From a bacterium (GTDB lineage: Bacteria > Patescibacteriota > Minisyncoccia > UBA6257 > WO2-44-18): 64,000 nucleotides of DNA. Shown in pieces: positions 9,578-19,102 of the stretch. The position numbers and the translations under genes are program-made. Below the pieces are notes generated by a model that saw nothing but the letters and a program-made list of their open reading frames with translations, searched no databases and was not told where the DNA came from. The first letter of the stretch is position 1. Each line of letters begins with the position of its first letter. The stretch is from contig JAUSKF010000002.1 in assembly GCA_030646995.1 (NCBI GenBank), positions 76,092 to 140,091 on the forward strand, given 5' to 3'.

Positions 9578-10153
9578 TTATTCGATCCAGCCGCGGTCAA
9601 TGTAGCGGCCGCGATCAAAGATTGCAGATTCCAAATGCACGCTTCGGACCGGGAGAACTTTCTTAGCAGCAGTGAGTTTCTCGGCAAAGATCATTTCTGC
9701 GATTCGCGGGCTCATCCCATCGCTGATTCTTTGGGTCAGATAATACTTCAGCAGGCCGTCTTCTCTCGGCAAAAGATTTCGGCTCCAAGCCATGTTCAGG
9801 TCATCCGACAACTTCATGAAGGTCTTCACCTGATCCGGCTGCAACCCGAAGATGAAGTGAGTCTCATGGTAGATGGTTTGCGGAAAAAGTGTTGCCATTT
9901 CTCCCAGCCGGCACTCCAGTTTTGTCCTCATAATCGTGAACCCGGCCTTGCGCACATCCTCTTCCAGTTTGGTAATGTAATCTTCCATCTTCACGAAGCC
10001 GCACTGCAGATTTACCGCGCACATCATCTGTATGGGATACTGGCCCTTAGACAACTCAACCAGCACCGGCTTGATTTCGTTAGCCTTGCAGAACTTGGTC
10101 CACTTCTCAATTTCGGTCGGCGGATCAACGGTGATATGAAGCTCAAAATCCAT
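9578..10153 (-). CDS. hypothetical protein with FELHITV and YHETH His motifs
   Basis: ORF with GAGGAGG SD before ATG 10153; lies between secY and adk. Confidence 0.75.
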   Translation of the reverse strand: MDFELHITVDPPTEIEKWTKFCKANEIKPVLVELSKGQYPIQMMCAVNLQCGFVKMEDYITKLEEDVRKAGFTIMRTKLECRLGEMATLFPQTIYHETHFIFGLQPDQVKTFMKLSDDLNMAWSRNLLPREDGLLKYYLTQRISDGMSPRIAEMIFAEKLTAAKKVLPVRSVHLESAIFDRGRYIDRGWIE

Positions 10154-10226
10154 CCTAGCCTCCTCTTCTTCTTTCAATGAACTAGCATACTTTATATTAA
10201 ACGCCGATCGTTGTAAAATGTTTCAT

Positions 10227-10913
10227 ATGGCAAAAGCAGTAGTAATTTATGGACCGCCCGGATCTGGAAAGGGGACACAGGCCAATCTTTTGGCATGGAC
10301 AAAAAACTATATCCACTTTGATACCGGAAAAATTTTGGAGCAATCTTTGAACGACCCGGAAAATTTAAAAGATCCGGAAGTTAAAAAAGAAAAAGAAAAT
10401 TTCGACAGCGGAATTTTGGTGACGCCGTCTTTCGTTTTAAAACTCACTGCGGAGAAAACAAAAGAAATAGGGGAGTCCGGTTTCAATATTGTTTTTAGCG
10501 GTTCACCTCGCACAATGTTTGAAGCCTTCGGCGATGATCAGAATGAGGGTCTGATTTCGGTTTTGGAAAAATCTTACGGGAAAGAGAATGTGAGTTTCTT
10601 GTTTTTGAAGATCGATCCGCAAGTGGCCATCAAGCGCAACGCCAACCGGAAAGTCTGCTCGCTTTGCGCTACGGCCATTCTATACAACGACTCTACCCAC
10701 CATCACACCGAATGCCCGCTCTGCGGCGCTAAACTGCGCACCCGAGCCGTGGATAATTTAGAAGTACTCCAGACCCGCATTAAAGAATACGAAGAACGCA
10801 CTAAGCCGATAGTTGATGAATTAAAGAAGCGCGGTTACAAAATTCTAGAAGTTGACGGAACCCCCGCTCCTTATATAGTCTTTGCGGAGGTCAAAAATAA
10901 CCTGGGACTATAA
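10227..10913 (+). CDS. adk: adenylate kinase (Zn-lid type)
   Basis: GPPGSGKGTQA P-loop, GSPRT, CxxC...CxxC lid. Confidence 0.93.
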   Translation: MAKAVVIYGPPGSGKGTQANLLAWTKNYIHFDTGKILEQSLNDPENLKDPEVKKEKENFDSGILVTPSFVLKLTAEKTKEIGESGFNIVFSGSPRTMFEAFGDDQNEGLISVLEKSYGKENVSFLFLKIDPQVAIKRNANRKVCSLCATAILYNDSTHHHTECPLCGAKLRTRAVDNLEVLQTRIKEYEERTKPIVDELKKRGYKILEVDGTPAPYIVFAEVKNNLGL

Positions 10914-10915
10914 AG

Positions 10916-11674
10916 ATGATTCTTAAAACTAAAGAAGAAATTGAGAAGATCCGGCAGGCCGGAAAAATTTTGGCGCAGGTAGCAAAAACCATTCTCGCGC
11001 AGGTGGAAGTAGGCGTGAATCTTAAATCGCTAGACCGACTTGCCAAGGAGCTGATTACCAAAGCAGGGGGCAGTCCGGCGTTTTTGAATTACCGGCCATA
11101 CGGCGCCGATAAACCATACGCCTTTTCTATCTGCACATCGCTAAATGAAGTCGTAGTGCACGGCACTCCGAAAGACTACAAGCTAAAGAACGGCGACATT
11201 TTAAAACTGGATTTCGGGGTGGACTATCAGGGCTACAAAGCTGACGCCGCTTGGACCATCGGAGTCGGACAAATCAGCGAGCGGGCGCAAAAATTGTTGA
11301 GAGTTACCGAAAAAGCCTTGTTTGATGGAATCAAAGCGGCAAACATCGATAAACATTTAGGTGATATCGGCCACGCAATCTCCGACACCGTTAAACAACA
11401 TGGCTTTTCAGTAGTAGACGGGCTAACCGGTCACGGAGTTGGAAAAGAATTACATGAAGATCCTAGCGTCTTCAATGAAGGGAAGAAGGGGAGTGGCCCG
11501 GTATTAAAAGAAGGTCTAGTGATCGCTATCGAACCGATGGTCAGCATTGGCTCCCCTAGCATCATCCAAACAAAAGACGAGGCCTACGCGACCGCCGACG
11601 GCAGTCTTTCCGCCCACTTTGAGCACACGATTGCGCTGACGGAAAACGGCACAGAAATACTGACTCTGATATAA
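10916..11674 (+). CDS. map: type I methionine aminopeptidase
   Basis: SLNEVVVHG, GHGVG..LHEDP, AIEPM, SAHFEHT. Confidence 0.97.
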   Translation: MILKTKEEIEKIRQAGKILAQVAKTILAQVEVGVNLKSLDRLAKELITKAGGSPAFLNYRPYGADKPYAFSICTSLNEVVVHGTPKDYKLKNGDILKLDFGVDYQGYKADAAWTIGVGQISERAQKLLRVTEKALFDGIKAANIDKHLGDIGHAISDTVKQHGFSVVDGLTGHGVGKELHEDPSVFNEGKKGSGPVLKEGLVIAIEPMVSIGSPSIIQTKDEAYATADGSLSAHFEHTIALTENGTEILTLI

Positions 11675-11704
11675 TAAATAAGTCGTAAAAAAATAAAAAC
11701 TTAA

Positions 11705-12163
11705 ATGCCGGAAAAATCAAAATCTAAAAAAAGGACAGTCATAGCGGTCGTTTTGTTGGCCATGGTCGCAGTAGTGTTATTACTCGGTTATTACTTATGG
11801 CAAAATGGCGGATTGGACTGGAAGCTGCCCACCTTACCACTTTTATCAGAAGCGCCCTACCAAGCGGTATTTTTGACCAATGGGCAGGTATATTTCGGTC
11901 GGGCATCTAATTTAAACGCCAATTACGTCACCTTAAAGGATGTTTATTACCTCCAAGTCAGTCAGGTTTTACAGCCGGTCCAGGGCAAAAAGGCCCCGGA
12001 AACCCAGCAATCCATCAGTTTAGCTAAACTGGGCGTTACCGAACTTCATAAACCAAAAGACGAAATGAAGATTAATCGGGCGCACGTGATATTCATCGAG
12101 GATCTAGATGATGACTCACAGGTGGTCAAAGCGATAGAGGATTACAAAGCAACGTTGAAATAG
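11705..12163 (+). CDS. membrane-anchored conserved hypothetical protein (CPR-type)
   Basis: N-terminal TM helix, YQAVFLTNGQVYFG and INRAHVIFIE motifs. Confidence 0.8.
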   Translation: MPEKSKSKKRTVIAVVLLAMVAVVLLLGYYLWQNGGLDWKLPTLPLLSEAPYQAVFLTNGQVYFGRASNLNANYVTLKDVYYLQVSQVLQPVQGKKAPETQQSISLAKLGVTELHKPKDEMKINRAHVIFIEDLDDDSQVVKAIEDYKATLK

Positions 12164-12355
12164 AATAACGAATCAAGAATCATGAATTATGGAAAGGCGT
12201 CCACCCGGACGTTTTTTCATTCGTCAGGGGAGTGGCTTTCTGATTTATGAGGTACCTGTCGCAAAACCCTTCTTGTGCGACACTACCACTAATTCAAGCT
12301 GGGCGCTCCCCGACCTACTAATGCCGGTTTTTTCCTGTTATTATTTAGATGTTTT

Positions 12356-13666
12356 ATGAAGCAAGAAAAAAGAAACAGAGTTCATTTCATCGGCATCGGC
12401 GGGATTGGTATGAGCGCTTTGGCGCGATATTTTTTATCCGAAAAATGGCAGGTCTCCGGCTCCGACCTCTCCCCTTCATCTATTACCGACGAATTAAGAA
12501 AGGAGGGGGTGAAATTTTTCTCTGGTCATAAGGCTGCGAATATTTCTACAAACATCCAACTCGTCGTCTATAACAATGCGATTCCCGTCAGTAATCAGGA
12601 GTTAAGCTACGCTAAAGAGCTTGGACTCGCCTGCCGCACCTATCCGGAGGTCGTGGGTGAATTAACTAGAACTTACAAAACCATTGCCATCGCCGGCTCA
12701 CACGGGAAAAGCACTACCACCGCAATGACGGCGCTGATTCTTATTGAAGCCGGAATCGATCCGACAGTAATCGTAGGCACAAAATTGAAAGAGTTTGGTC
12801 CGCCATCCGCCCCTTCTGGCGGAGGCGGAAAAAATTTCCGTAAGGGAAAAGGCGGGTATCTGGTGCTCGAGGCCGATGAATGGAAGGCCGCCTTCCACCA
12901 CTACTCCCCTTTTGTGGCGACTATCACCAATATCGATGCCGAGCATTTGGATTTTTATAAGACTTTCGCCAACGTAAAAAAATCTTTTGAGAAATTTAAA
13001 TCACAGTGCCATAAAATCGTGGAGCGTCCGACCGACAAAAAAATTGCGGAAAAGATTCGCCGCGTCTTAAAAATACCCGGAGAGCACAATGTGCAAAACG
13101 CCTTGAATGCCTACGCGGTGGCTAGTTTTTTGGAAATCCCAGAAAAGATAATTTTGTCGGCTCTGGGTAAATACCAAGGCGCTTGGAGGCGAATGGAGTA
13201 TCGCGGAAAACTCGGGAATGCCCTCGTTTATGATGACTATGGCCACCACCCCTCCGAGATTAAGGCTACCCTAGCCGGATTTAGGCAGAAATGGCCTAAA
13301 AATGCCCTAATTTGCGTCTTTCAGCCCCATCAGGCCAAGAGACTAGTTGCGCTCTATGATAGCTTTAAAACGGCGTTTAAGGACGCTAGTCGGGTGGTTA
13401 TTCTACCTACCTATCAGGTAGCGGGCCGGGAAGCGGAAAAAACCAACAACCGACGACTAACAACTAACGACAAAACGGCGGAGGGGCTGGCTAAGGACAT
13501 CGGGGCCACTTACGTTCCCCATCCCGAAATAGACCTGAAAAAAGTCTTACTTTCCCTAGTCGCCCGGTCGTCAGTCGTAGGTCGTCAGTCGCCCCCCGTT
13601 ATCGTAATGATGGGCGCCGGAACTATTAACGAACTAACCCCCAAGCTACTAACTACTAACTACTAA
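12356..13666 (+). CDS. murC: UDP-N-acetylmuramate--L-alanine ligase
   Basis: HFIGIGGIGMSALA, AGSHGKSTTT, EADE, DDYGHHPSE, FQPH. Confidence 0.96.
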   Translation: MKQEKRNRVHFIGIGGIGMSALARYFLSEKWQVSGSDLSPSSITDELRKEGVKFFSGHKAANISTNIQLVVYNNAIPVSNQELSYAKELGLACRTYPEVVGELTRTYKTIAIAGSHGKSTTTAMTALILIEAGIDPTVIVGTKLKEFGPPSAPSGGGGKNFRKGKGGYLVLEADEWKAAFHHYSPFVATITNIDAEHLDFYKTFANVKKSFEKFKSQCHKIVERPTDKKIAEKIRRVLKIPGEHNVQNALNAYAVASFLEIPEKIILSALGKYQGAWRRMEYRGKLGNALVYDDYGHHPSEIKATLAGFRQKWPKNALICVFQPHQAKRLVALYDSFKTAFKDASRVVILPTYQVAGREAEKTNNRRLTTNDKTAEGLAKDIGATYVPHPEIDLKKVLLSLVARSSVVGRQSPPVIVMMGAGTINELTPKLLTTNY

Positions 13667-13678
13667 CTACTATTTTGT

Positions 13679-14452
13679 ATGGATTATTTTACAAACGTTG
13701 AACAATTCAAAGAGCAGTGCGGTTACACGATTGATGGAATTTGGTATCCGCGGGTCACAAAGATTGTTGGTATAAAAAATAAACCTGCCCTACTTTTCTA
13801 TTACGCCGAAGCTCCTAGCTATGCCGCCGCGCTGGCGCAGACGAAGATCTCGGCCGAGGAAGGCACTTTAATCCACCAGACAATGGAAAAAATATTCGTG
13901 GGAGAATCTCCGGAAATTCCGGAAAGTATCGCTCCGGCCATTAAGGCCGCCAAAGAATTAATTGCCCAAAAAGGAATCCAGATAGATGCGGCGAACATTG
14001 AGCGGAGAATATTCGACCATGAGCATCGATACGCCGGCACAATCGACGGCCTCGCTCTTATCGGCGGAAAATTTGGCGTGCTGGATATTAAAACCTCGCA
14101 GGCGATTTATCGGGATTACAATCTGCAAACTTCAGCGTATATGTTCGCCCTCTGCAAAGACCCAATCCTTTCGGGATTAAATACCCGCTGGATCTTCCGT
14201 ATCGATCAGCAAAAACAATGCTACCGATGCGGCGCTTCAATGCGCCCGAAGGGAGGACGGGAAAAAATCCGTGGCGCTAAAAAAGGAATTTGCCCGAATG
14301 ACGACAGCCATGAATGGTCCCCTCTTACCGGTATTGCCGAGCTACAAGAATTTCCGCTCTGGCGCGGGGATTTTGATGCGTTCTTGGGCGCGAAAAAATT
14401 GTGGGAGTGGGAGAATGAAGTATGGCTTCAGAAGACGGGATATTTAAAGTGA
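13679..14452 (+). CDS. PD-(D/E)XK nuclease-family protein (RecB/Cas4-like)
   Basis: GTLIH, YAGTID...LDIKTS, QTSAY motifs, plus a CxxC...C...H insert. Confidence 0.8.
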   Translation: MDYFTNVEQFKEQCGYTIDGIWYPRVTKIVGIKNKPALLFYYAEAPSYAAALAQTKISAEEGTLIHQTMEKIFVGESPEIPESIAPAIKAAKELIAQKGIQIDAANIERRIFDHEHRYAGTIDGLALIGGKFGVLDIKTSQAIYRDYNLQTSAYMFALCKDPILSGLNTRWIFRIDQQKQCYRCGASMRPKGGREKIRGAKKGICPNDDSHEWSPLTGIAELQEFPLWRGDFDAFLGAKKLWEWENEVWLQKTGYLK

Positions 14453-14513
14453 TATAAAAAAAGCCCCGCCACCCGCCAACATCTGCGAAGTTGTGGCGGG
14501 GCGGGGCAGAACT

Positions 14514-14723
14514 TCACTTCCAGCAGTGGATCCGGAACAGCCGGATGCGGGCATCGGACACCTCGCTGACCATCGGATCAAGAATCTGGCGTCCGATTAC
14601 GACATCCTCCCCCTTGGTCTTCGCTTCCGTCAGATCCACGGCCTTGATTGTTTCGGCCGTGGAAACAATGTTTCCCGTGGGGTTGAGAAACTCGTAACTC
14701 ACCAGGTACTCGTTGTGGGGCAT
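14514..14723 (-). CDS. small hypothetical protein
   Basis: AAGGAG SD; upstream TTGACA-17-TAAACT promoter on the minus strand; hairpin downstream. Confidence 0.6.
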   Translation of the reverse strand: MPHNEYLVSYEFLNPTGNIVSTAETIKAVDLTEAKTKGEDVVIGRQILDPMVSEVSDARIRLFRIHCWK

Positions 14724-14898
14724 AGCGCTCTCCTTGTTTGAGATGCGAACTAAAAAGAACTTAACGGCACAGGGGAAGTTTAGCATAAATATCGTGTCTT
14801 GTCAAGCCCGAAAACTTTGACAGCCCGAGCTTAGCCCCTCGAATTAACCATCAAAAAGGTTTATAATCTGGAAAGCGCAACTTGATCGGGGTCCGAAA

Positions 14899-15093
14899 AT
14901 GCTCAAGAAAAAAACCTTCTACAAAAACGGTCCGAATGCCGTCAAAGAGCTGGAAGAGGCGGTGGAAGATTGGCTGGATGAAATGGACGACAAAATTGAG
15001 ATTGAAGATATTCAGGAATTTGAAGACGAAAATGCGCAGGGAAAGATTACCATCACGGTAATTTCTTATAGAGATTTACCGGCCGACGGATAA
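14899..15093 (+). CDS. small acidic hypothetical protein
   Basis: 64-aa ORF; TATAAT upstream and terminator hairpin at ~15094-15118. Confidence 0.6.
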   Translation: MLKKKTFYKNGPNAVKELEEAVEDWLDEMDDKIEIEDIQEFEDENAQGKITITVISYRDLPADG

Positions 15094-15122
15094 AACTGCC
15101 CCACTAGGGCAGTTTTTAATAG

Positions 15123-15941
15123 CTAGGCAGGCCTCCCTGATTTTTCAAATATCTTCAAGAATCTTCCGTAAGCGGCTTTTATATCGGGATTAACCGCAGG
15201 ATGTTTTGAAAAGCTTTCCGCCTGTTCTTTTAACTTTCCAATCAATCTCATCGAAGACTCGACGAGCTCATCAGATTCCACTCCTCCGGCCAAGTCGCGC
15301 ATCATACCCTCTAACTCGTCGCCGTCAAAAGAAATTATAAAATACGGAAGCTTTTGATTAGCTTTTTTTACCGCTTTATATCCGGGAGCCTCTTTTGTTT
15401 CCTCCAACGCATAGCCATATTTTACTTCCGCACCGTTTAATACTTTCTGAATTATTTCTTTTTGATCCTTTAGTTTAGCGGCCTGATTAGTGGTGGCATC
15501 AATAGCGGCCAATGGTTCGCGGGTAATCGTATCAAAAATTAAATTATCTACCTTATTACCGCACATATCATCATATTCAGAAGAGCGGACGGCAATGAAT
15601 CTTCCGCCAAACCAATGACTGTTTACCCCGGAAGTCTTTGTAACTTCCAACGCCTCCCCTACCGCCTTTTCAGCTTTCTTCTCCGGACTCGCGGCTGATT
15701 CTTTTTCAAATTTTGCCTTCAATTTTTTGGTTAGCGTCAGGTCGTCTTTTATCTCTTTTATCGGCACAGGGCCCAAAAACGCCTCCATTTTGACTCGGCA
15801 GTTTTCGTCCACATCAAAACCGAACTTATTCAACTTCTCCGCCTGCATTTTTAACTCCGGAGCCAATTGCTCTAATTTCTCCTGAAAAAACTCTCCCCTG
15901 TCTAATTTCTCGGTTTTAGATTCCGGCCGGCCGAATTTCAT
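15123..15941 (-). CDS. hypothetical protein, possible degenerate PD-(D/E)XK fold
   Basis: SEYDD...VD.LI...AIDAT pattern, recalled from CPR hypotheticals. Confidence 0.7.
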   Translation of the reverse strand: MKFGRPESKTEKLDRGEFFQEKLEQLAPELKMQAEKLNKFGFDVDENCRVKMEAFLGPVPIKEIKDDLTLTKKLKAKFEKESAASPEKKAEKAVGEALEVTKTSGVNSHWFGGRFIAVRSSEYDDMCGNKVDNLIFDTITREPLAAIDATTNQAAKLKDQKEIIQKVLNGAEVKYGYALEETKEAPGYKAVKKANQKLPYFIISFDGDELEGMMRDLAGGVESDELVESSMRLIGKLKEQAESFSKHPAVNPDIKAAYGRFLKIFEKSGRPA

Positions 15942-15981
15942 AGTAATCAAATTATAACAGAACTGCTGGTTCAGCCGCTTA

Positions 15982-16010
15982 TTGACATTTATCTAGTTTT
16001 TTGCTATATT
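15982..16010 (+). promoter_or_regulatory. sigma70-type promoter
   Basis: TTGACA-17 nt-TATATT upstream of ORF 16059. Confidence 0.7.
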
Positions 16011-16058
16011 ACCTGAAGTTGCACATCGACATCCCTCTTCCCCTTAAGGAGTCAGGCC

Positions 16059-16658
16059 ATGAATAACGGACCTACGGTTTTCACGTCGGAACTTCTCTGG
16101 AGGTTGGCAGATATCGGAAAGCATCTCCGCGACTGCACGGAAGACATCGTGAAATTCTCCAACATTTTCGGCGATCAGTTGGTTGCCGCAGGAGAATCCG
16201 AAATCCAGCCGAAAAATTTCGTCCTAAATTGGATCATCGCCCGCCGTAATTTCGCCGGACGCACTTCCCCGGAGCGCGCCGGTGACATAGAGCAGAAAAT
16301 GCCTATGTTTGCCGAAGATCTCTGTGGTAAAGAATTTGCGGCCGAAGTCCAGTTAATTCGTTCGCAAATCTATCCACCTTTCTCTATTGAAAGAGAGCGC
16401 CAGAGGCTTTCTGCTTCTGCCGCCTGCTACCCATTCCTTCCCGAAAAACCAGTAATGGTGACGGAGGCCGAACAAGGTATTCCCCAGAATGACGACGGAT
16501 CGCGGCAGACCGACTGGGCGGGCTTCACGAAGCTCGGCGAACGCCAGCCGGAAACGCCTACGGACGAGGAGGAATTCAAACCGGCAAGCCAATTACCACC
16601 CAATTATCGATTCAAGGAGCAACTCACCGACGAACATTCTTTTGACGGAATCGAATAA
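16059..16658 (+). CDS. hypothetical protein
   Basis: TAAGGAG SD, own promoter and terminator. Confidence 0.7.
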   Translation: MNNGPTVFTSELLWRLADIGKHLRDCTEDIVKFSNIFGDQLVAAGESEIQPKNFVLNWIIARRNFAGRTSPERAGDIEQKMPMFAEDLCGKEFAAEVQLIRSQIYPPFSIERERQRLSASAACYPFLPEKPVMVTEAEQGIPQNDDGSRQTDWAGFTKLGERQPETPTDEEEFKPASQLPPNYRFKEQLTDEHSFDGIE

Positions 16659-16668
16659 CCCACAACCC

Positions 16669-16695
16669 AACCCGCGCACGGTGCGCGGGTTTTTT
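16669..16695 (+). terminator. intrinsic terminator
   Basis: AACCCGCGCAC-G-GTGCGCGGGTT followed by T tract. Confidence 0.75.
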
Positions 16696-16743
16696 GTCTT
16701 GAATTTTTGTCCTTACTACTTACTACTCGCTACTTACTACTTT

Positions 16744-19101
16744 CTACCCCCTAAGCCTCTTCAAAATATCCAACTCCACCATCTGCCGATTGCGGCCGTA
16801 AACTTCCCGGGATAGATTCTTTGCTTTATCAATCATATTCAAATTGCCTTTTGCCGGAGGGAAAATATGGATATTGAAAGGCCTGGCGGTCTGCCCTTTA
16901 ATTAAAAGCTTCGCGAAGGCGTTGAAGTTATCGATATTCAACAAGTCATTTTTCGTAAAGACCGGCTCGAATTGCTTCACCAGAAATTCCGCATCTTCGG
17001 CGCCAACACGGAAGACAATCTGCGAACCGACGTTACCAAAAACCGCGTCGCGGATTTTTTCGGTCAACTGGCCGATAAACTGATGCGCGATTACCAAATT
17101 CAAACGATATTTCCGGGCTTCCGACAAAATCGTGGCGATAGAATCAGTGGTAAAGTTTTGGAACTCATCAATATACAAAGTAAAATCTTTCCTCTCTTCC
17201 TGCGCTGTGTCTACTCTAGAAAGCGCGGCAAGCAGAAGCTTTCCAACCACGACCATACCCAATAATCCGGCGTTAATATCCCCTATCTTACCTTTGGATA
17301 AATTCACCAACAAAATCTTCCCTTCATCCATAATCTTCCGGAAATTCAACGAAGAATTTGGCTGACCGATAATCGGACGTATATAATCATTCGAAGTGAA
17401 ATTATTAAACTTAGAGGTGATGTAGGGCGTCATATTCGCCAGCGAAGCCTCTCCTCCCGCCTTGATGGCTTCCTTTTCCCAAAAATCAATCACCGTCGGG
17501 TTAGTCGCTTTTTGTAAAAGACGCTTCCGATAATCCACGTCGGTAAAAACCCGCGGCACTTCCATAATAGTGGCGTGCTCATTCGGGTCATCCATAAGCA
17601 GTAGCAAGGCGTTCCGCATATACTGCTCAAACATCGGACCCATTGTTTCCGGATTGAAGAGTTTATTAAAAATACTCTGCATCTCATTGACGATAAAAGT
17701 CTTTTCTTCGGGCCGATTCGCATCGTATTCAAGCATATTCAAACCCAAAGGATGCTGGAGATCCCCCGGATCAAAAATCACCACATCTTTAAGGCGTTCT
17801 TCCGGAATTAAACCGAGCATATGCTCAATTAAATCTCCGTGCGGATCCACCACTGCTATCCCCTTTCCCGCCTGAATATCCCCTGTGGCCATATTAAACA
17901 TCGCCGTGGATTTACCGGTACCGGTCTGACCGATAACGTAAACGTGGCGGCGACGGTCTTCATCGGTAATAAACACTGGCCTTGATTCTCCACGGAATAC
18001 ACTTTCTCCTATCAACATTCCTCTATCCGGCAAAACAGACGGCGGTGGCGCGGACTCTTTCGACTTTACCCATTTCAATCTTGGAATTTCCGTCAGAGAA
18101 GTCGGGAGGTGCCAGATGCTCGCAATCTCGTCGGCATTCAAAATCATACTTTGGCTTTCATCGAATTCACGAAAAACAAATTTAAAAACCAAATCTTTCG
18201 GGTTACGCAGTTCGGATACTTTAAATTCGTTTCTCAAAGGAGCGGCAAATTGACTAAACGAGCCGGTTAGGGCGTAGAGCAATTCCTCCGCGCGATAGGC
18301 AGACGGGGCCGAAGAGACCAGCCGCACATTCACTTCAAATAACGGCTTAGAAACCTTCTGATTCAGAAGCTTCACCGCTTCTTCGTCTATCACCACAGGT
18401 TCCGGTTTATCTTCGGGTTTGGGCGGAGCTTTAGGAAGAATTCTACTAAGCAATTTAGTGTGGAAAAGATCACCCAACTTCTCTCCCTTCTTCAAACGAC
18501 CGATATAACTGGAAATACTTTTCCTTGCGGATTCGGGTGCCGGACGCACTAAAACTTGGAGCGCTATGCCTTCACCCGCCAACTCTACTTTGGAAAAATT
18601 ACTCAACATCGGCAAAAAGGTATCAATGTTCGCCTCGGCAAAAGTCCGCACCGGAGTGGCGTAATGTTGTTTTAATTTTAGAAAAGCCGCTTTTACTGCT
18701 CCCTGCGAATTAAAGATTGTGTAATCGTCGCATTTAGTCACCTGCGCGTCGGGCCAAAGCCCTTGAACCTGTTTCGCGGCGAACTCCATTGATTCCTCCG
18801 GCACAGCGACATAGAAATGAATATCCTCGCCTACGTTATGTACCGCCACCTCCAAGGAAAACGGTATCTTCAAGCCGGACAGGAGGCCGAAAAGCTGGCT
18901 GGAAGAATTAATCTCCTGCAGCATATCTTTCTTCTCCCGCTCGTCCATTTTTTGCGCCAAGCGTACGGATAAAAGCCGCAAGCGCAAAGTCTTTAGAAAT
19001 TGCCTACGTCGATTTTTTAGAAAACTCAAAACCGCCAAAACCATTGCCACAATTAGCAATGGAATGCCAAAAGAAACTGCTAACGCAATGTATCGGTCCA
19101 T
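16744..19101 (-). CDS. VirD4/TraD-like (HerA/DUF87) coupling ATPase with N-terminal TM helix
   Basis: RRRHVYVIGQTGTGKS Walker A, DPHGD, LYIDEFQNF Walker B, LSEARKY, AHQF. Confidence 0.9.
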   Translation of the reverse strand: MDRYIALAVSFGIPLLIVAMVLAVLSFLKNRRRQFLKTLRLRLLSVRLAQKMDEREKKDMLQEINSSSQLFGLLSGLKIPFSLEVAVHNVGEDIHFYVAVPEESMEFAAKQVQGLWPDAQVTKCDDYTIFNSQGAVKAAFLKLKQHYATPVRTFAEANIDTFLPMLSNFSKVELAGEGIALQVLVRPAPESARKSISSYIGRLKKGEKLGDLFHTKLLSRILPKAPPKPEDKPEPVVIDEEAVKLLNQKVSKPLFEVNVRLVSSAPSAYRAEELLYALTGSFSQFAAPLRNEFKVSELRNPKDLVFKFVFREFDESQSMILNADEIASIWHLPTSLTEIPRLKWVKSKESAPPPSVLPDRGMLIGESVFRGESRPVFITDEDRRRHVYVIGQTGTGKSTAMFNMATGDIQAGKGIAVVDPHGDLIEHMLGLIPEERLKDVVIFDPGDLQHPLGLNMLEYDANRPEEKTFIVNEMQSIFNKLFNPETMGPMFEQYMRNALLLLMDDPNEHATIMEVPRVFTDVDYRKRLLQKATNPTVIDFWEKEAIKAGGEASLANMTPYITSKFNNFTSNDYIRPIIGQPNSSLNFRKIMDEGKILLVNLSKGKIGDINAGLLGMVVVGKLLLAALSRVDTAQEERKDFTLYIDEFQNFTTDSIATILSEARKYRLNLVIAHQFIGQLTEKIRDAVFGNVGSQIVFRVGAEDAEFLVKQFEPVFTKNDLLNIDNFNAFAKLLIKGQTARPFNIHIFPPAKGNLNMIDKAKNLSREVYGRNRQMVELDILKRLRG

Positions 19102-19102
19102 C

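Noticed and set aside
9635-10180. 181-aa plus-strand ORF between secY and adk
   Set aside because: The opposite-strand ORF has the SD, terminator and protein-like composition
13679-14452. cas4 call
   Set aside because: No cas1 or array nearby and no C-terminal Cas4 Fe-S cysteine pattern; kept as generic PD-(D/E)XK
16744-19101. Conjugative element or ICE
   Set aside because: No relaxase, VirB genes or integrase nearby; this ATPase family is commonly chromosomal in CPR
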